The notes under the pieces: generated by a model
What the model was told of the DNA's origin: nothing
The model's database searches: none
Seen by the model: only the letters and a program-made list of their open reading frames with translations
Assembly: GCA_963729715.1 (NCBI GenBank)
Contig: CAVSPA010000004.1
Location: 160,001-224,000, forward strand
Direction: 5' to 3'
DNA from: an uncultured delta proteobacterium
GTDB lineage: Bacteria > Desulfobacterota > Syntrophia > Syntrophales > UBA2185
DNA: 64,000 nucleotides
Program-made: the position numbers and the translations under genes
Shown here: piece by piece, positions 62,901 to 64,000 of the stretch
Numbering within the stretch: position 1 is the first letter of the stretch
Layout: each line of letters starts with the position of its first letter

Positions 62901-64000
62901 TTGATCAAAGGACCAAACCAGCTCGATGAACGTGTCCCGATAGAAGTTGGCGCGATTCAGGTCAACTTCTGTAAGAATCCACAATGCCAGAATTTCGGTG
63001 TTCCGGCGAGTGCCCAGAGGCAGCCCAGAGGGAAGGGAGCAGAGAAACGTGGCAGGGACACTTATAACGTAGTTGGTTCAGGCAGGGGCACGCCCATGCT
63101 ACGGTGCGGTTTTTGCGGCCAATATCCAACAATAAAGAGTAACAGAGCCATCCATGAAGAGCTGAGCCGCTTTTGGAAGCCTTTTGATATCATAGCTATC
63201 CCGACCTGCCCAAACCAGGACTGCCCGAATCATCATATAGATAAAGAGAACGGCAAGACTCACTACCATTCGTTCGGACGGACAAAAGCGGGATCTATAC
63301 GCTATCGTTGCAAGGCGTGCGGCAGAACATTCATTACCGCTTCGGCACCAACGCTCCGGCACCGAAAACCCTACAAAAATGCTGCTATTTTCCGTCTTCT
63401 CGTCAACAAGGTGCCTTTCCGTCGTATCTGCGAGGTGGAAGGGATCAGCATGCCGACTCTCTATCGGAAGATCGATTTTATTCATCGGCAGTGCCTTTCC
63501 TTTGCGTCTGAGAGGGAACGCAATCTGCCCACCATGCCCCTCGCCCGCCTCTATATCGGAGTTGACCGACAAGACTATATGATCAACTGGTCGGACGCCG
63601 ACGACCGTAGAAACATCATTTTTCGTGCTGTCGGTAGCGCTGACAACACGACCGGTTATGTCCTCGGCCTGCATCTCAACTTTGACCCCTCACTGAATCC
63701 GGACGACATAGAGAGGGATGCGATTGCCTCGGGGGATTACGAAGTAAGGCCGGCCTACAGGCAATATGCCCGTCTCTGGCTCCGAGAGGATTATATCGAG
63801 GCCATCAAGAAGACGCGAGCCCAAAGATTTGGCAGCCATGCCGAATCTCTGAAGGGTAATATAGCTGCTACATATGAGGATGCTGACAAGAGGGACGATG
63901 TCGAAGTGTTAGACAATCTGGATGACGATCTTGCTCTTCCGAAAGATGGGATGCAGGTCCGTGGAGAATACACCATGTATGGGCACTTTTTCTTTCTTAG
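62901..64000 (+). CDS. Large IS1-like zinc-ribbon/HTH transposase-like protein (3' end outside window)
   Basis: Open frame from TTG 62901: QVNFCKNPQC, CGFC, CPNQDC..FGRTKAGSIRYRCKAC, HTH FRRICEVEGISMPTLYRKI, YIGVDRQDY. Confidence 0.7.
   Translation, partial: MIKGPNQLDERVPIEVGAIQVNFCKNPQCQNFGVPASAQRQPRGKGAEKRGRDTYNVVGSGRGTPMLRCGFCGQYPTIKSNRAIHEELSRFWKPFDIIAIPTCPNQDCPNHHIDKENGKTHYHSFGRTKAGSIRYRCKACGRTFITASAPTLRHRKPYKNAAIFRLLVNKVPFRRICEVEGISMPTLYRKIDFIHRQCLSFASERERNLPTMPLARLYIGVDRQDYMINWSDADDRRNIIFRAVGSADNTTGYVLGLHLNFDPSLNPDDIERDAIASGDYEVRPAYRQYARLWLREDYIEAIKKTRAQRFGSHAESLKGNIAATYEDADKRDDVEVLDNLDDDLALPKDGMQVRGEYTMYGHFFFL

Larger units (their letters stand above)
47312..64000. mobile_element. 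Decayed genomic island / accessory region downstream of tRNA-Pro
   Basis: Integrase stub next to the tRNA 3' end, gene fragments, IS elements, no housekeeping genes; right boundary not in window. Confidence 0.6.

Noticed and set aside
63099..63674. 191-aa minus-strand ORF
   Set aside because: Antisense shadow of the long plus-strand transposase-like frame.

Overview
This is chromosomal DNA from an anaerobic Gram-negative bacterium. Gene content and style suggest Desulfobacterota/Syntrophales, which is an inference. Bases 1-47.3 kb are mostly metabolic and housekeeping genes: a purine/MTA salvage cluster around tRNA-Leu; a sigma54 activator with an in-frame TGA upstream of a GntP-permease/3-hydroxyacyl-CoA dehydrogenase operon; a 2-oxoacid:acceptor oxidoreductase operon whose delta subunit is fused to a GltD-like flavoprotein; cstA followed by an unannotated small Cys-Sec (TGA read-through) selenoprotein gene and decayed ackA and arsA fragments; pepA-oppDF, MATE, miaA, a PPIase and a hybrid kinase; panG-panB behind a pan-type leader with terminator; and tilS-ftsH-folP-acpS-tsaE-lysC with a frameshifted comEA. 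From tRNA-Pro (47235) to the end is a decayed genomic island. It holds an integrase stub, an RHS-core remnant, and two arms of envelope/general-stress genes (BON, cardiolipin synthase, lmo0937-like, CsbD, Ysc84, Spy, OmpA, ABM) around a PAS-sigma54 activator. It also holds a duplicated sigma54 enhancer-promoter module, one copy split by an IS200-type element, and a large IS1-like transposase running off the end. All calls come from reading motifs by eye; no database searches were run.
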